Of a stretch of DNA of 21,098 bases, positions 8,988-18,632 are shown piece after piece. Below the pieces are notes generated by a model. It saw only the letters and a program-made list of their open reading frames with translations, did not search any database and had not been told where the DNA came from. How positions within the stretch are numbered: position 1 is the first letter of the stretch; every line of letters starts with the position of its first letter. The stretch comes from Promethearchaeota archaeon. GTDB lineage: Archaea; Asgardarchaeota; Lokiarchaeia; Sigyniarchaeales; SOKP01. Both the position numbers and the translations under genes were made by a program. The stretch is taken from the NCBI GenBank assembly GCA_019894975.1, contig JAGXNO010000051.1, forward strand, positions 1 through 21,098, read 5' to 3'.

Positions 8988-9009
8988 TAATTAGGAAAAA
9001 ACCTAATTA
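8988..9009 (-). terminator. Hairpin TAATTAGG-N6-CCTAATTA downstream of the nitroreductase gene
   Basis: Perfect 8-bp inverted repeat 12 nt after the stop at 9022; the loop reads T6 on the minus strand. Confidence 0.45.
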
Positions 9010-9021
9010 AAGTAGGATTAT

Positions 9022-9831
9022 TTAATCTAAACCTATTACGTCTAGAGGTGCTCGGGGAGGAGTGTGATGATATTTAACAGCAGGATATCCAATCGTTAAT
9101 ACTCCTTGAATTGGACCTTCTAAGCCAATAAGTTTCATCATATCTTTATTCATTCCTAACCCATGAGCCATTCCGATCCAACAAGTCGTTAAACCAAGTG
9201 TATATGCGGCAAGTTGACCATATGTAAGTATGATTCCCGCATCCACAGCGGGCATCGAGGCATTTTTACCTACGGTATGAAATATCAGCGCGGGTGCATT
9301 ACGAAAAATGGGATCTTTACCGATTGTTTCAGCATACTTCAAAGCTGCTTCAGCAGAGGGAAATCCCATATAAGGATACACTATTTTAATTGATTCTTGG
9401 CTTAATTTTTTAATTAATGATGGATCGGATACAACTGAAAATTTCCATGCTCTCCGATTATCTGCACTTGAAGCATAGCGCATAGCTTCAAACACTTTTT
9501 TGAGTAACTCTTGAGGAACTTTTTTAGGTTTATATTGACGAACAGATCGTTTAGCTTTTAATAATTGCATTAAGCTTTCAAAAGATACATTTTCTTCATA
9601 ATTTTTTACACCAGGATACGATTCCACATCATCTTCCCAATTACCTTCCCACAAAATGGCATTCTCTTTACAAATTGCAACACATTTTCCGCAGAAATTG
9701 CATCGATGCATCTCATCAGCAAGGCGGATAATTTTACCAGACGAATCTTCAGCAAAAAGACCTCTGGTGCAATCAGTTATACAGCTTTTACACCTAGAAC
9801 ATTTTTCATGATCTATTCCAACTATAGACAT
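9022..9831 (-). CDS. Nitroreductase family protein with N-terminal 2x[4Fe-4S] ferredoxin domain
   Basis: CSRCKSCITDC and CNFCGKCVAIC, then KRSVRQY, YASSADNRRAWKF and LGLTTCWIG...TIGYP (FMN-binding nitroreductase motifs). Confidence 0.92.
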   Translation of the reverse strand: MSIVGIDHEKCSRCKSCITDCTRGLFAEDSSGKIIRLADEMHRCNFCGKCVAICKENAILWEGNWEDDVESYPGVKNYEENVSFESLMQLLKAKRSVRQYKPKKVPQELLKKVFEAMRYASSADNRRAWKFSVVSDPSLIKKLSQESIKIVYPYMGFPSAEAALKYAETIGKDPIFRNAPALIFHTVGKNASMPAVDAGIILTYGQLAAYTLGLTTCWIGMAHGLGMNKDMMKLIGLEGPIQGVLTIGYPAVKYHHTPPRAPLDVIGLD

Positions 9832-9979
9832 AAAAAATAGGACGTTCTAAACGATTTAAACTTTTTCTTAAAGAATTATAACTTGTTTATTACTGTGGGA
9901 GATCCAGAAAATTAAACACTGAAATAATTAAAAGAGATAAAATCAAAATAGAATATATACAAAAAAATGGTAGTAAAAA

Positions 9980-10186
9980 ATGAAAATTGAAGCAATTACA
10001 ATTAATCTATTAAACCATACTCTTTATCATGCGAAATCTTCTGGTATAGATAAAATGGAGCTCGAGAAAAAGGGCTTTTTTTCAAGTGCCTTGGGATTCA
10101 TTGAAGAATATTGTACAAAAAATGGATTTGATATCATTAATGTACATGGTTCTAACAATAGAGTTTACGAGCTTATTAAACGATAA
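9980..10186 (+). CDS. Small hypothetical protein (68 aa)
   Basis: ATG start, plausible composition, fills an intergenic gap and is followed by a long T tract at 10188-10206. Confidence 0.65.
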   Translation: MKIEAITINLLNHTLYHAKSSGIDKMELEKKGFFSSALGFIEEYCTKNGFDIINVHGSNNRVYELIKR

Positions 10187-10243
10187 ATTCTTTTCCTTTT
10201 TTTTTTAATTAATTTAGGGAAAATCAAATGTTCCCAATTGCCC

Positions 10244-11071
10244 TTAATCAGACTCTTTTATTGCTTTTAATGTGAACAAAAGAGGAATCTCCGCTTTTTG
10301 ATTTTTTAATCGATAGTATCCATTTTCACCAAGTTCTGCAAACGGAAATTGCTTCCAGACAGTGAAAGGGTATTCATTAAGAAATTCTATTCTTAAACCA
10401 GCCTCAATAATTGAATTAATTATCTCTGATATGCTATGAGCCCACTCATATTGTTTTTTTGGTTCAAATTTAGTTTCAATTGAAGCATAAGTACCATCTG
10501 ACTCAAATTCAAATGGTTCTGGGTTATGAAAATAATCATAAAATACTTGAAGGTCTTTAATATCACGGGACTCATTATCAAAAACATATGAAAATGGGTG
10601 GATCTCAGCTATATAAAAGAAACCTCCTGGTTTTAGGTAATTTCCGATAATTCTTCCCCATTCTTTCAGATCATTTAACCAACAGAGTACTCCAATTGAA
10701 GTATATACTATGTCAAATCTCTCAGATAGAAGCTTAGGTAAGTCATAGATATTCGATTCAATAAAAGTAGCTTTAAGATTAGCTCTCTCAGTTAATATTT
10801 TTGCTAATCGAATCCCATCACTGGAAAGATCAATTCCTGTAACTATTGCGCCTTCTCTTGCCCAAGAAAGCGTGTCGAGTCCAAAATGACATTGAAGATG
10901 CAGTAGTGATTTACCTTTCACATCTCCCATTTCTTTTAATTCATAAGATTTTAAAGTAGACTGCCCTTCTAAAAATGATTTTACGCTATATTCTTCACTT
11001 TCTGTTTCATAATGCAATCTCGCAAACCTATCCCAAAGTTCCTTATTTGCTTTAAAATATTTCTTGTTCAA
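10244..11071 (-). CDS. Class I SAM-dependent methyltransferase
   Basis: LLHLQCHFGLDT (motif I variant), VTGIDLS, FDIVYTSIGVLCWL, LKPGGFFYIAEIHP. Confidence 0.92.
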   Translation of the reverse strand: MNKKYFKANKELWDRFARLHYETESEEYSVKSFLEGQSTLKSYELKEMGDVKGKSLLHLQCHFGLDTLSWAREGAIVTGIDLSSDGIRLAKILTERANLKATFIESNIYDLPKLLSERFDIVYTSIGVLCWLNDLKEWGRIIGNYLKPGGFFYIAEIHPFSYVFDNESRDIKDLQVFYDYFHNPEPFEFESDGTYASIETKFEPKKQYEWAHSISEIINSIIEAGLRIEFLNEYPFTVWKQFPFAELGENGYYRLKNQKAEIPLLFTLKAIKESD

Positions 11072-11233
11072 GAATGTTCAACTCCAGAATTAATATTTTA
11101 TTGAAACTTATTTCACTTGAAGTGCTTAAGTTATTACTCATAATTAATAAAAATATATTTATTTTTAGAAAAAAGAAAATAAACTAACAATGCGAAATTA
11201 ATTTAGTTTAGCTAAAAAAAATTTTGATTAAAT

Positions 11234-11983
11234 ATGGTAAAATATCATCATTGTGAGAAATGTAAAAGCATTTATGATACTGAACCTTGGATAGGTGAGG
11301 TACACATATATAATGGAACTTGTCCTTCATGTATGGAGGGAGACCATGAAGAAATTCATATATCCTTAGAAAATGTAGAAGAAAATTTATTGGATGAACA
11401 TGTTAAAGAACAAGCTGAAATCATCCAAAATACTCATAAGCATACTCGATCTAGCTCATTGGAAATAGAGAAGGAACTACTTTCAAATTTAGAACAGAAA
11501 GCTACTGATGTCTTATCAGGGAAAGGTTCAATAAATGTATTAATTAAGGAAATCAAAGACGATCTTATTGATAAAGCAAAAGAAAGGATTGAAGAGACAT
11601 TTCAAAGCTTTGATGTAAATAAAATTGATGCTCAAAAAACAGTTGATTATGCTGAAAGTATTCTGAGTTATTTAAACGAATATAAAGACTTTATTGATAG
11701 TGTAGTTAAAGCAATTGAGATTAAACCTAAATTGAAAATAAAAACAGCTTTAGATAAAGTCTTAAAAGAATCAATGGCAAATCTACCAAAAGATGTCGCA
11801 AAAGATGTGCTTCTCGACAGGAAAGCATTGTTAAAAACTATATCTGAAAAAGCGGGGAAATGGTACAATATCTATTCTGATACGAAGGATCCTTTTGAAC
11901 TTATTAAAGAAATGGGCTTACATCCATTTAACGAAATCCAGAAGAAGCTCAACACCCTACCATTCTACAATTCAGCAAATTAA
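11234..11983 (+). CDS. Hypothetical protein: N-terminal Zn-ribbon (CxxC-x19-CxxC) plus long charged helical region
   Basis: CEKC...CPSC followed by an E/K/L-rich, probably helical or coiled-coil sequence. Confidence 0.75.
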   Translation: MVKYHHCEKCKSIYDTEPWIGEVHIYNGTCPSCMEGDHEEIHISLENVEENLLDEHVKEQAEIIQNTHKHTRSSSLEIEKELLSNLEQKATDVLSGKGSINVLIKEIKDDLIDKAKERIEETFQSFDVNKIDAQKTVDYAESILSYLNEYKDFIDSVVKAIEIKPKLKIKTALDKVLKESMANLPKDVAKDVLLDRKALLKTISEKAGKWYNIYSDTKDPFELIKEMGLHPFNEIQKKLNTLPFYNSAN

Positions 11984-12092
11984 TAAGTAAGGTCTGTGTT
12001 ATATTGATCAAATTTCAACTATTGATGAATTATTATGTAACCGAATTAAGACGTTATAATATTTAATATTTTACTGAACGTGAACAAAATCT

Positions 12093-12737
12093 TCATAGAT
12101 TTGATTCGTTAGATTGACTATTCTTTTGTTTATCATAAAAATTCTGAAATTCAGGGCATAAGATCTCATTTGGTTTAACTATAATGATTTCTCTTTCAGA
12201 TTCATCAATATCAATTTCTATGTCTAATTTCTCACAGAATTGTATTAAGCTTGAAATAATCATACCTTGTTTCTTATATTTATAAGGAAAACACCATAAC
12301 CTTACAGTTTTATTTAAACTTGGTCCAATAAATTGTAGAGTAAAACCAGAGTATATAATTGGTGGGATTCTAGCACTATGACTGGGATATTTCCAGCGTT
12401 CTCCAAATATTTTAATAGTGTTGATATCAGACCAATTAATCTGTAAAAATAAATAATTCAGCCAATGAAATTCAATTTTAACATTAGTAACTACTAACTT
12501 TGATTTCCTTTTCCAATCTTTAAACCAAATAAAAATAATGTATATAAATGGAGGTAGAAGTAATCCAACAAAAGTTAAACTAAAAGTCAAGCTAAGGTTA
12601 ATAGGAGGAATATAAATAAATAATATAAAGAAACTTAATCCAGGTAATACTAGCACTAAAGCATAAATAATAAACTTATACCATTTTTGCGAACTACTGA
12701 CTTTAAAAATTTCTTTTAATTCTTTATTTTTTTCCAT
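12093..12737 (-). CDS. Two-TM membrane protein with a possible PH-like cytoplasmic domain
   Basis: Likely start is ATG 12737 (MEKNKELKEIF). Two hydrophobic helices are followed by LVVTNVKIEF...INWSDINTIKI, a pattern typical of prokaryotic PH-like domains. Confidence 0.65.
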   Translation of the reverse strand: MEKNKELKEIFKVSSSQKWYKFIIYALVLVLPGLSFFILFIYIPPINLSLTFSLTFVGLLLPPFIYIIFIWFKDWKRKSKLVVTNVKIEFHWLNYLFLQINWSDINTIKIFGERWKYPSHSARIPPIIYSGFTLQFIGPSLNKTVRLWCFPYKYKKQGMIISSLIQFCEKLDIEIDIDESEREIIIVKPNEILCPEFQNFYDKQKNSQSNESNL

Positions 12738-12881
12738 AGATCGTGTTGTTAAAGATGATATTGTTTTTAAATATAATAAGAAGTTATCTTCTTCCAGAAG
12801 GAAAAACAATTAAACATAAATTAGATGTAGGTTTAAGAAGACAACAATAAAGATGACAAAAACTATACTAAGTGGGCGAAA

Positions 12882-13343
12882 ATGGCAGTTTTAGAAATCG
12901 GAATTAACTTAGGTACAAAAAAGCTACTTGAAATCAGATATTATTCTTCAACTGACAACGTGTTAGATCCAAAAATCCGTGCTTTATTTCTAAATGGATT
13001 GGAAGATTTTATAAATGAAGTATTTGGAGATGAGATCAACGTTATATCTCTCTCAAATTTTGAAATTATTTGTTATTATAAAATGGTACAATTCTCAATT
13101 AAAGATACAAATGAATTCCTACCATTATTAACCTTTGCTATAATTGAAAAAGGAACAGATCATGATTTTGTGAAACAACATTTAAAGAAGGTTTACTCTC
13201 TTTTTATTGAAAACTATGATCTCAATGAGATTTTTATGAATAAATCTAAATTTTTCAAGGATTTTGAACCTCAAATTACCGAAATTCTTGGAGATCTAAG
13301 ATTTAAATTAGAAGATCGTATCAGAACCCTCTTTAAGGATTAG
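12882..13343 (+). CDS. Standalone longin-like domain protein
   Basis: Pattern fits beta-beta-alpha-beta-beta-beta-alpha-alpha: VLEIGIN / LLEIRYY / DPKIRALFLNGLEDFINEVFG / INVISL / FEIICY / LLTFAII / FVKQHLKKVYSLFIENY / FKDFEPQITEIL. Confidence 0.7.
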   Translation: MAVLEIGINLGTKKLLEIRYYSSTDNVLDPKIRALFLNGLEDFINEVFGDEINVISLSNFEIICYYKMVQFSIKDTNEFLPLLTFAIIEKGTDHDFVKQHLKKVYSLFIENYDLNEIFMNKSKFFKDFEPQITEILGDLRFKLEDRIRTLFKD

Positions 13344-13446
13344 ATGCTATCTGAGTTTACTATAGCTGATTTTCTTTTTCATAACATTCTAATTAAATTA
13401 ATCATGAATTTTATCATAATTTAAATATCTAAATGAGTGAAAGAAT

Positions 13447-14307
13447 GTGAGAATTGATTTTCATTGTCATCTTTTTCCGGCTATGGATACAAGTAAAATG
13501 GTAAAAGTGGGTTCAGTAATATTTGAAGGATATGGGTTTTATGAAAGAATGGTTAAGAAGATACAAAATATAAAATCCAGTGAAGCAAACAATATCATGG
13601 AAAAGACTATTTTTCATTTGAACAACGCAAATATCGATAAAGTTGTATTATTACCAGTAAACATGAAAGAAAATCAAGAAGTACAAAAGTGGGTAGAGTT
13701 CGCACCAGAAGTTTTCATTCCTTTTTATAACCCTCCTGAGAAATCAGATACTAATGTTAATGTTACCGATGTAATAAAAAAAGCCATTGTTGAGGAAGGT
13801 TATAAGGGATTTAAAATAATGCTTACGTTTCGGAAAAAAAAGTTGGATGATCAATTAATATATCCTGTTTTGGAGGCAGCTCATAAATATAAAATTCCTA
13901 TTGTAATGCACTGTGGCTATCCCCCCCCAGGGACAAGAAGGAGTGTGCTCACATATTCAAATCCAATTTATATTGACAATTTTGCTAGTTCATATCCAAA
14001 AGCTAATATAATTATTACTCATATGGGGTATCCTTTCACGGATATTGCAATTGCATTAGCAGCTCAATATCCTAATGTATATTTAGATTTAAGTAATTTA
14101 GCTTATATGATGCCTTCTCGTTTAAAAGAGTTATTAATTCAAGCTAATGAAATTATAGGAGTACAAAAAATTCTTTTCGGTTCAGATGGAAATACTCCAG
14201 AAATGATAGAAATTGCTGTGGATTACTTCGATAATATAGATTTCCTTTCTAATGAGGAGATTGAGAAAATTTTAGGGCTAAATGGGGCTAAATTATTGGG
14301 TTTATGA
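13447..14307 (+). CDS. Amidohydrolase_2 family metal-dependent hydrolase
   Basis: IDFHCH, KGFKI, IPIVMHCG, IIITHMG, NVYLDLS, KILFGSDG, KILGLNGAKLL; GTG start. Confidence 0.92.
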   Translation: MRIDFHCHLFPAMDTSKMVKVGSVIFEGYGFYERMVKKIQNIKSSEANNIMEKTIFHLNNANIDKVVLLPVNMKENQEVQKWVEFAPEVFIPFYNPPEKSDTNVNVTDVIKKAIVEEGYKGFKIMLTFRKKKLDDQLIYPVLEAAHKYKIPIVMHCGYPPPGTRRSVLTYSNPIYIDNFASSYPKANIIITHMGYPFTDIAIALAAQYPNVYLDLSNLAYMMPSRLKELLIQANEIIGVQKILFGSDGNTPEMIEIAVDYFDNIDFLSNEEIEKILGLNGAKLLGL

Positions 14308-14361
14308 ATTAAATAATTTCAAAGATTTATTCATACATAATTAAATGAGTGATTTGGAAAA

Positions 14362-15147
14362 ATGAAATTTATCGATTTATCAATACCATTAATTAATCCT
14401 AATGAACTATTGTTTGATCCAGGAGGTACAGAGTTAAAAATTGAATATAATGATCATACAATAGGAGCTAAACAGATGGGACGTATCTTTAATTTAACAC
14501 CAGAAAAGCATTTACCTATTGGAACAGGTTGGGCAACAGAGAGAATAATAGTGAGTACTCATAATGGTACCCACATGGATGCCCCATGGCATTTTGCTTC
14601 TATCCAAGATAAAGAAATTGGCCAGAGAAAAGCAATGACAATAGATGAGATTCCTCTCGAATGGTGTATTGGTCCTCTTATTGTTCTTGATTGTACTAAT
14701 TATGAGGATGGGTATGTCTTAACTCCTGAAGATGTCAACCAAAAATTAGAGGATATTAATTACAAACTTTCAGGAGGAGAAATTTTATGCATTCATACCA
14801 CCGCCCCTAGGTATTATGGCACCAAAGAATTTGTCCATCATGGAGTCGGAGTTGGAAAAAAGGCTACTATCCATATAATAAAGCAAGGAGTTCATATAGT
14901 TGGTACGGATTCTTGGTCCTGGGATGCTCCATTTTCTATCACTGCTCAGAAATGGGAAAAAACTAAAGATCCATCTATTATCTGGGAAGGCCATTTTGCG
15001 GGTATTGAAAGAGGATATTTTCAAATGGAAAAGCTTGCCAATTTAGATAAGGTTCCTCCTGTTGGTGCCACAATTTATTGTTTTCCAATAAAAATAGCCA
15101 GAGCTAGCGCAGGTTGGGTTCGTGCTGTTGCTACTCTTCCAGAGTAA
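14362..15147 (+). CDS. Cyclase / kynurenine formamidase-like metal-dependent hydrolase
   Basis: IDLSIP, signature HNGTHMDAPWH, VGTDSWSWD, MEKLANL, PIKI...GWVRAVA. Confidence 0.93.
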   Translation: MKFIDLSIPLINPNELLFDPGGTELKIEYNDHTIGAKQMGRIFNLTPEKHLPIGTGWATERIIVSTHNGTHMDAPWHFASIQDKEIGQRKAMTIDEIPLEWCIGPLIVLDCTNYEDGYVLTPEDVNQKLEDINYKLSGGEILCIHTTAPRYYGTKEFVHHGVGVGKKATIHIIKQGVHIVGTDSWSWDAPFSITAQKWEKTKDPSIIWEGHFAGIERGYFQMEKLANLDKVPPVGATIYCFPIKIARASAGWVRAVATLPE

Positions 15148-15183
15148 AATAAAAAAAATTTAAAAAAAAAACAATAGCCGTTT

Positions 15184-17412
15184 TTAATCTTCTTCAAATA
15201 TGCTTTCAACTAATTTGTTATTTTCGTCATCCTTAAAATGAACCAGTGCTCCCGTCCAATCTCTCAATACTTCTCCGTATTTTTGTTCAAATTTTTGTAC
15301 AAATTCTTTCAAAGGAGCTCTCACTTCTGAACTTTCAGTGCCTTTTATGAATAAAGCACCAAAAATTTTACTACCATACTCTAAGAGGATTGTTATATCC
15401 CCGTGGTCAATTTTTTTCAAAACTTCTGTCGACTTTGTCATTTCTTTAACAAATGAAGTAATTGCAGAGAACATACCCGATACAAGGCCAGGATCTTGAA
15501 TTTCATCACTTCGAAAAGCATAATTAAAGACACCTCTTCCATCATCATAAATAATATAAAGTCCTTGCTTTTCGACTTGTTCAAACTTATAGGAATATTC
15601 CGGTTTCCATATTTCTATTGCTCTATTTCTATAGAGATACTTAAGTGTAAAGTAAAATCTCCTCTTCTCATTGTTATCATCAGGTTTAATTTTATTTAAA
15701 AACTGATCCGTTTCCATAGATTTTAGCAAGTCAAGAATTTCTTCCCTCTCATTTTCGGTATCATACCCAACAGCCTCTTCCTTTCGAGATATCAGATAGG
15801 ATGTCTTACCTTGAATATAATCATTGTAACTCGGAAATTCACTAATAGTCGAAAAAACAATCTTTTCCACAAAATCTTCTTCTAATTTTATATTCTTACT
15901 CTTAAACTCTTTACCGACATAATGAATTAGTAAACTCCAAATTATAACATTAAAAATATATCTTGAAAATAGATAAGGTATTGAAAGAATATATGTTACC
16001 CCAACTAATTCTGCGTCAAAAATAGCAGATCTTAGAATAAAAAAATCAAAACCAAAAACTGAGGTAAAACTGGTTTGACCTGTTATCCAAAATTCATCTG
16101 TTTGACCCATAACCCAATTTACTATATCTCCACTTACAAAAACAGAAATTAAAACTAAAATGGGCAAATATATGTAAAATCCGAGTCTGATATTTGTAAT
16201 ATATTTCAACCCACGAGAGATGATGAATCCAATAACCAAAGTTGATACAAGAATATTTGCAAAACCTAAAATTACTAATATTTCAAAATTAATGGAATTC
16301 ACCAAAGTAGGATTGGGAGTTGGGGATATGAAATTCGCTGAATCAATGATTGCTTTATCACTTAACTGTGGAATTATTAGCCCTCCTATCAATAAATAGT
16401 ATAAAAAGTAAGCTGCAATAGCAATTGCGCCATATAAGGCAACATAAGTTTTGTTATTACTCTCCACAGATTTTTCTCGTTTTTGCCTATTTCTCCACCA
16501 ATCAATTAATTTAATAAAAATTAATATTGAAATTGGCTCAAAAACTTTCAGAAATAATATAAAGATTACTGAAGCCATGATGAAATACGCAAAAAAGTAA
16601 ATAATAACCGGTAAAGTGTCAAGTGAATTGCTACTGATATTGTCAGCAACGAAAAGAAGAAGCGATATTATTGATATTGGCACGCCTACAGTATATAAAC
16701 TTTTGTAGGTCTGTTCCCTGACGCGTTCTCCAAAAAATTTCCCTTTTAAGGAGATTTGAGAGCTGAAAAGTAATTCGATACTAAAAATGAACGTAGCAAT
16801 ATAGACAAATAAGATTTCTAAAAACCACCCAAGTGAGCTTTGTAAAGATGCCTCAGTTCCCGAAATTTTGATGATAACTTGTAAAAGATATAATGAAACA
16901 GGTAATAGAACAATTAGTAATTTTAAAATTTCCTTTTCTCTTTTCCAATCGTTTCTGATTAATCCTTCTCGAATTCGTTTTGAAGGGCTTTCTGAAACCT
17001 GATATGCAATAAGGTTTAAGTTATTTTGAATTGTACCTTCTTCCTTTCTTAAACGATTCCATACAATTATCATCGATATAAAGGGTGAAATGAAAAAGAT
17101 GAATGGTAATGTGGCGAAAGGATATGAAGCGAAAGATGTTAATAGTGCCGTAAAATGTGATATAATATACCCAATTCCTAAAGCCAGATCACCTTCTTCT
17201 CCAGATTGCAATTCTAATTCTATTGGGGTATCACGTACCTGAAAAATAATTGGTAACACCCAATAAATTAGATAAAATATCAAGATTCCTGCGTAAATCC
17301 GCAAATACAGGTTCGAAAGAGCTTTTTTTTTAATAAAGAAGTAAGGGAGAAATAAAATTGCAATAGGGATTGAATTAATTATTGTCGTTAAAAGAATATC
17401 TATAAAGGCCAT
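15184..17412 (-). CDS. Polytopic membrane protein (>10 predicted TM) with C-terminal longin domain
   Basis: About 500 aa of successive hydrophobic segments, a soluble linker, then GLYIIYDDGRGVFNYAF..DPGLVSGMFSAITSFVKEMT..LKKIDHGDITILLEYG..IFGALFI..VRAPLKEFVQKFEQKY..LRDWTG, the typical Asgard longin pattern. Confidence 0.85.
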   Translation of the reverse strand: MAFIDILLTTIINSIPIAILFLPYFFIKKKALSNLYLRIYAGILIFYLIYWVLPIIFQVRDTPIELELQSGEEGDLALGIGYIISHFTALLTSFASYPFATLPFIFFISPFISMIIVWNRLRKEEGTIQNNLNLIAYQVSESPSKRIREGLIRNDWKREKEILKLLIVLLPVSLYLLQVIIKISGTEASLQSSLGWFLEILFVYIATFIFSIELLFSSQISLKGKFFGERVREQTYKSLYTVGVPISIISLLLFVADNISSNSLDTLPVIIYFFAYFIMASVIFILFLKVFEPISILIFIKLIDWWRNRQKREKSVESNNKTYVALYGAIAIAAYFLYYLLIGGLIIPQLSDKAIIDSANFISPTPNPTLVNSINFEILVILGFANILVSTLVIGFIISRGLKYITNIRLGFYIYLPILVLISVFVSGDIVNWVMGQTDEFWITGQTSFTSVFGFDFFILRSAIFDAELVGVTYILSIPYLFSRYIFNVIIWSLLIHYVGKEFKSKNIKLEEDFVEKIVFSTISEFPSYNDYIQGKTSYLISRKEEAVGYDTENEREEILDLLKSMETDQFLNKIKPDDNNEKRRFYFTLKYLYRNRAIEIWKPEYSYKFEQVEKQGLYIIYDDGRGVFNYAFRSDEIQDPGLVSGMFSAITSFVKEMTKSTEVLKKIDHGDITILLEYGSKIFGALFIKGTESSEVRAPLKEFVQKFEQKYGEVLRDWTGALVHFKDDENNKLVESIFEED

Positions 17413-17517
17413 AATTATCGTAACTATTTTTTTTTATTATTTTGAATTTATTTAAAATCAATGTATGTAAATTTAATTATAATAATTTAGGTATTTTTCA
17501 GATATTTAATTTGTAGT

Positions 17518-18615
17518 ATGCCAGCAATTAATAAAATTGGATTAATAATTGATGAAGATTTTTCTTCAAAAAACATCCCACCTTACCCGCATCCTACTTT
17601 TCTTTCATATGAAACCCCTCTTCGTATACAGTCAATTTTGGATTTACTTGAAATAAATAGAATTTTTGTAAATGAAAGAATTACTAAAATAAAGCCTGCC
17701 TTCATAGACGAAGTAGTGTTAAATTTAGCACATACAACCTATCATATTGAGTCTATTAAGAATTTTTCAAATAGGGGCTATGGAATACTTGGGGATGAGG
17801 TCTTTATTACTGAAGATACATACGAACTAGCAAAAAAAGCAGTAGGGGGAGCAATACAGGCAATTAAAAGTATCTTGGATTCTGATGTTAATCAATCTTT
17901 TGCATTGATTAGACCTCCTGGCCATCATGCTTTGCAAGAAAAGCCTTCAGGTCTTTGTATTTTTAATAATATTGCTAATGCGATAATGTATTTGAGGAAA
18001 AAAATCAATTATAATGAGAAGATCGCCATAATAGATATTGATGCTCATTTTGGGGATGGATTAGTACAATATTTCTATAATGATCCAAGTGTTCTTTATT
18101 TCTCTGTTCACGAATTTGATTTTGTTGAAGGTGATTTAGGATTTATTGATGAATTAGGGGAAGGAGAGGGCCTTGGTACGAGTGTCAATTTTCCTATGCC
18201 TTTAGGGATTTCGGATGTTGAGTTCTTAGAATTTATGGATGTATTAGAGCCTATATTAAATGAATTCAATCCCGATTTAATAATAATTGCTGCTGGGTTT
18301 GACATGTATTTTTCTGATCCTATAGGGAATGCTTTTTTAACTTCAGATTCCTATTATAGATTTACTCAAAAAATATTGAAAATTTCTGAAAACATTTGTG
18401 AAAGCAAATTAGGGTTCATTCTAGAAGGGGGATATAGCTTAATTGGTCTTCCACAGTGTGTTTACGCGGTTATACAAGCTCTTTTAGGAGAAGAATATGA
18501 AGCCCCCAATTTTGAGAAGTTTCATCTTTCGAGTGAAACCAAGATTGATGAAGTGAGAAAAATTAAAATTTCGTTAAAAAAATTGCTAGCAAATTACTGG
18601 AGTTGCTTCAAATAA
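17518..18615 (+). CDS. Zn-dependent histone deacetylase family protein (HDAC/AcuC/APAH superfamily)
   Basis: ETPLRI, RPPGHHA, GLCIFNN, DIDAHFGDG, SVH, AAGFD, LEGGY. Confidence 0.95.
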   Translation: MPAINKIGLIIDEDFSSKNIPPYPHPTFLSYETPLRIQSILDLLEINRIFVNERITKIKPAFIDEVVLNLAHTTYHIESIKNFSNRGYGILGDEVFITEDTYELAKKAVGGAIQAIKSILDSDVNQSFALIRPPGHHALQEKPSGLCIFNNIANAIMYLRKKINYNEKIAIIDIDAHFGDGLVQYFYNDPSVLYFSVHEFDFVEGDLGFIDELGEGEGLGTSVNFPMPLGISDVEFLEFMDVLEPILNEFNPDLIIIAAGFDMYFSDPIGNAFLTSDSYYRFTQKILKISENICESKLGFILEGGYSLIGLPQCVYAVIQALLGEEYEAPNFEKFHLSSETKIDEVRKIKISLKKLLANYWSCFK

Positions 18616-18632
18616 TAAAAAATTAGTAGAAT

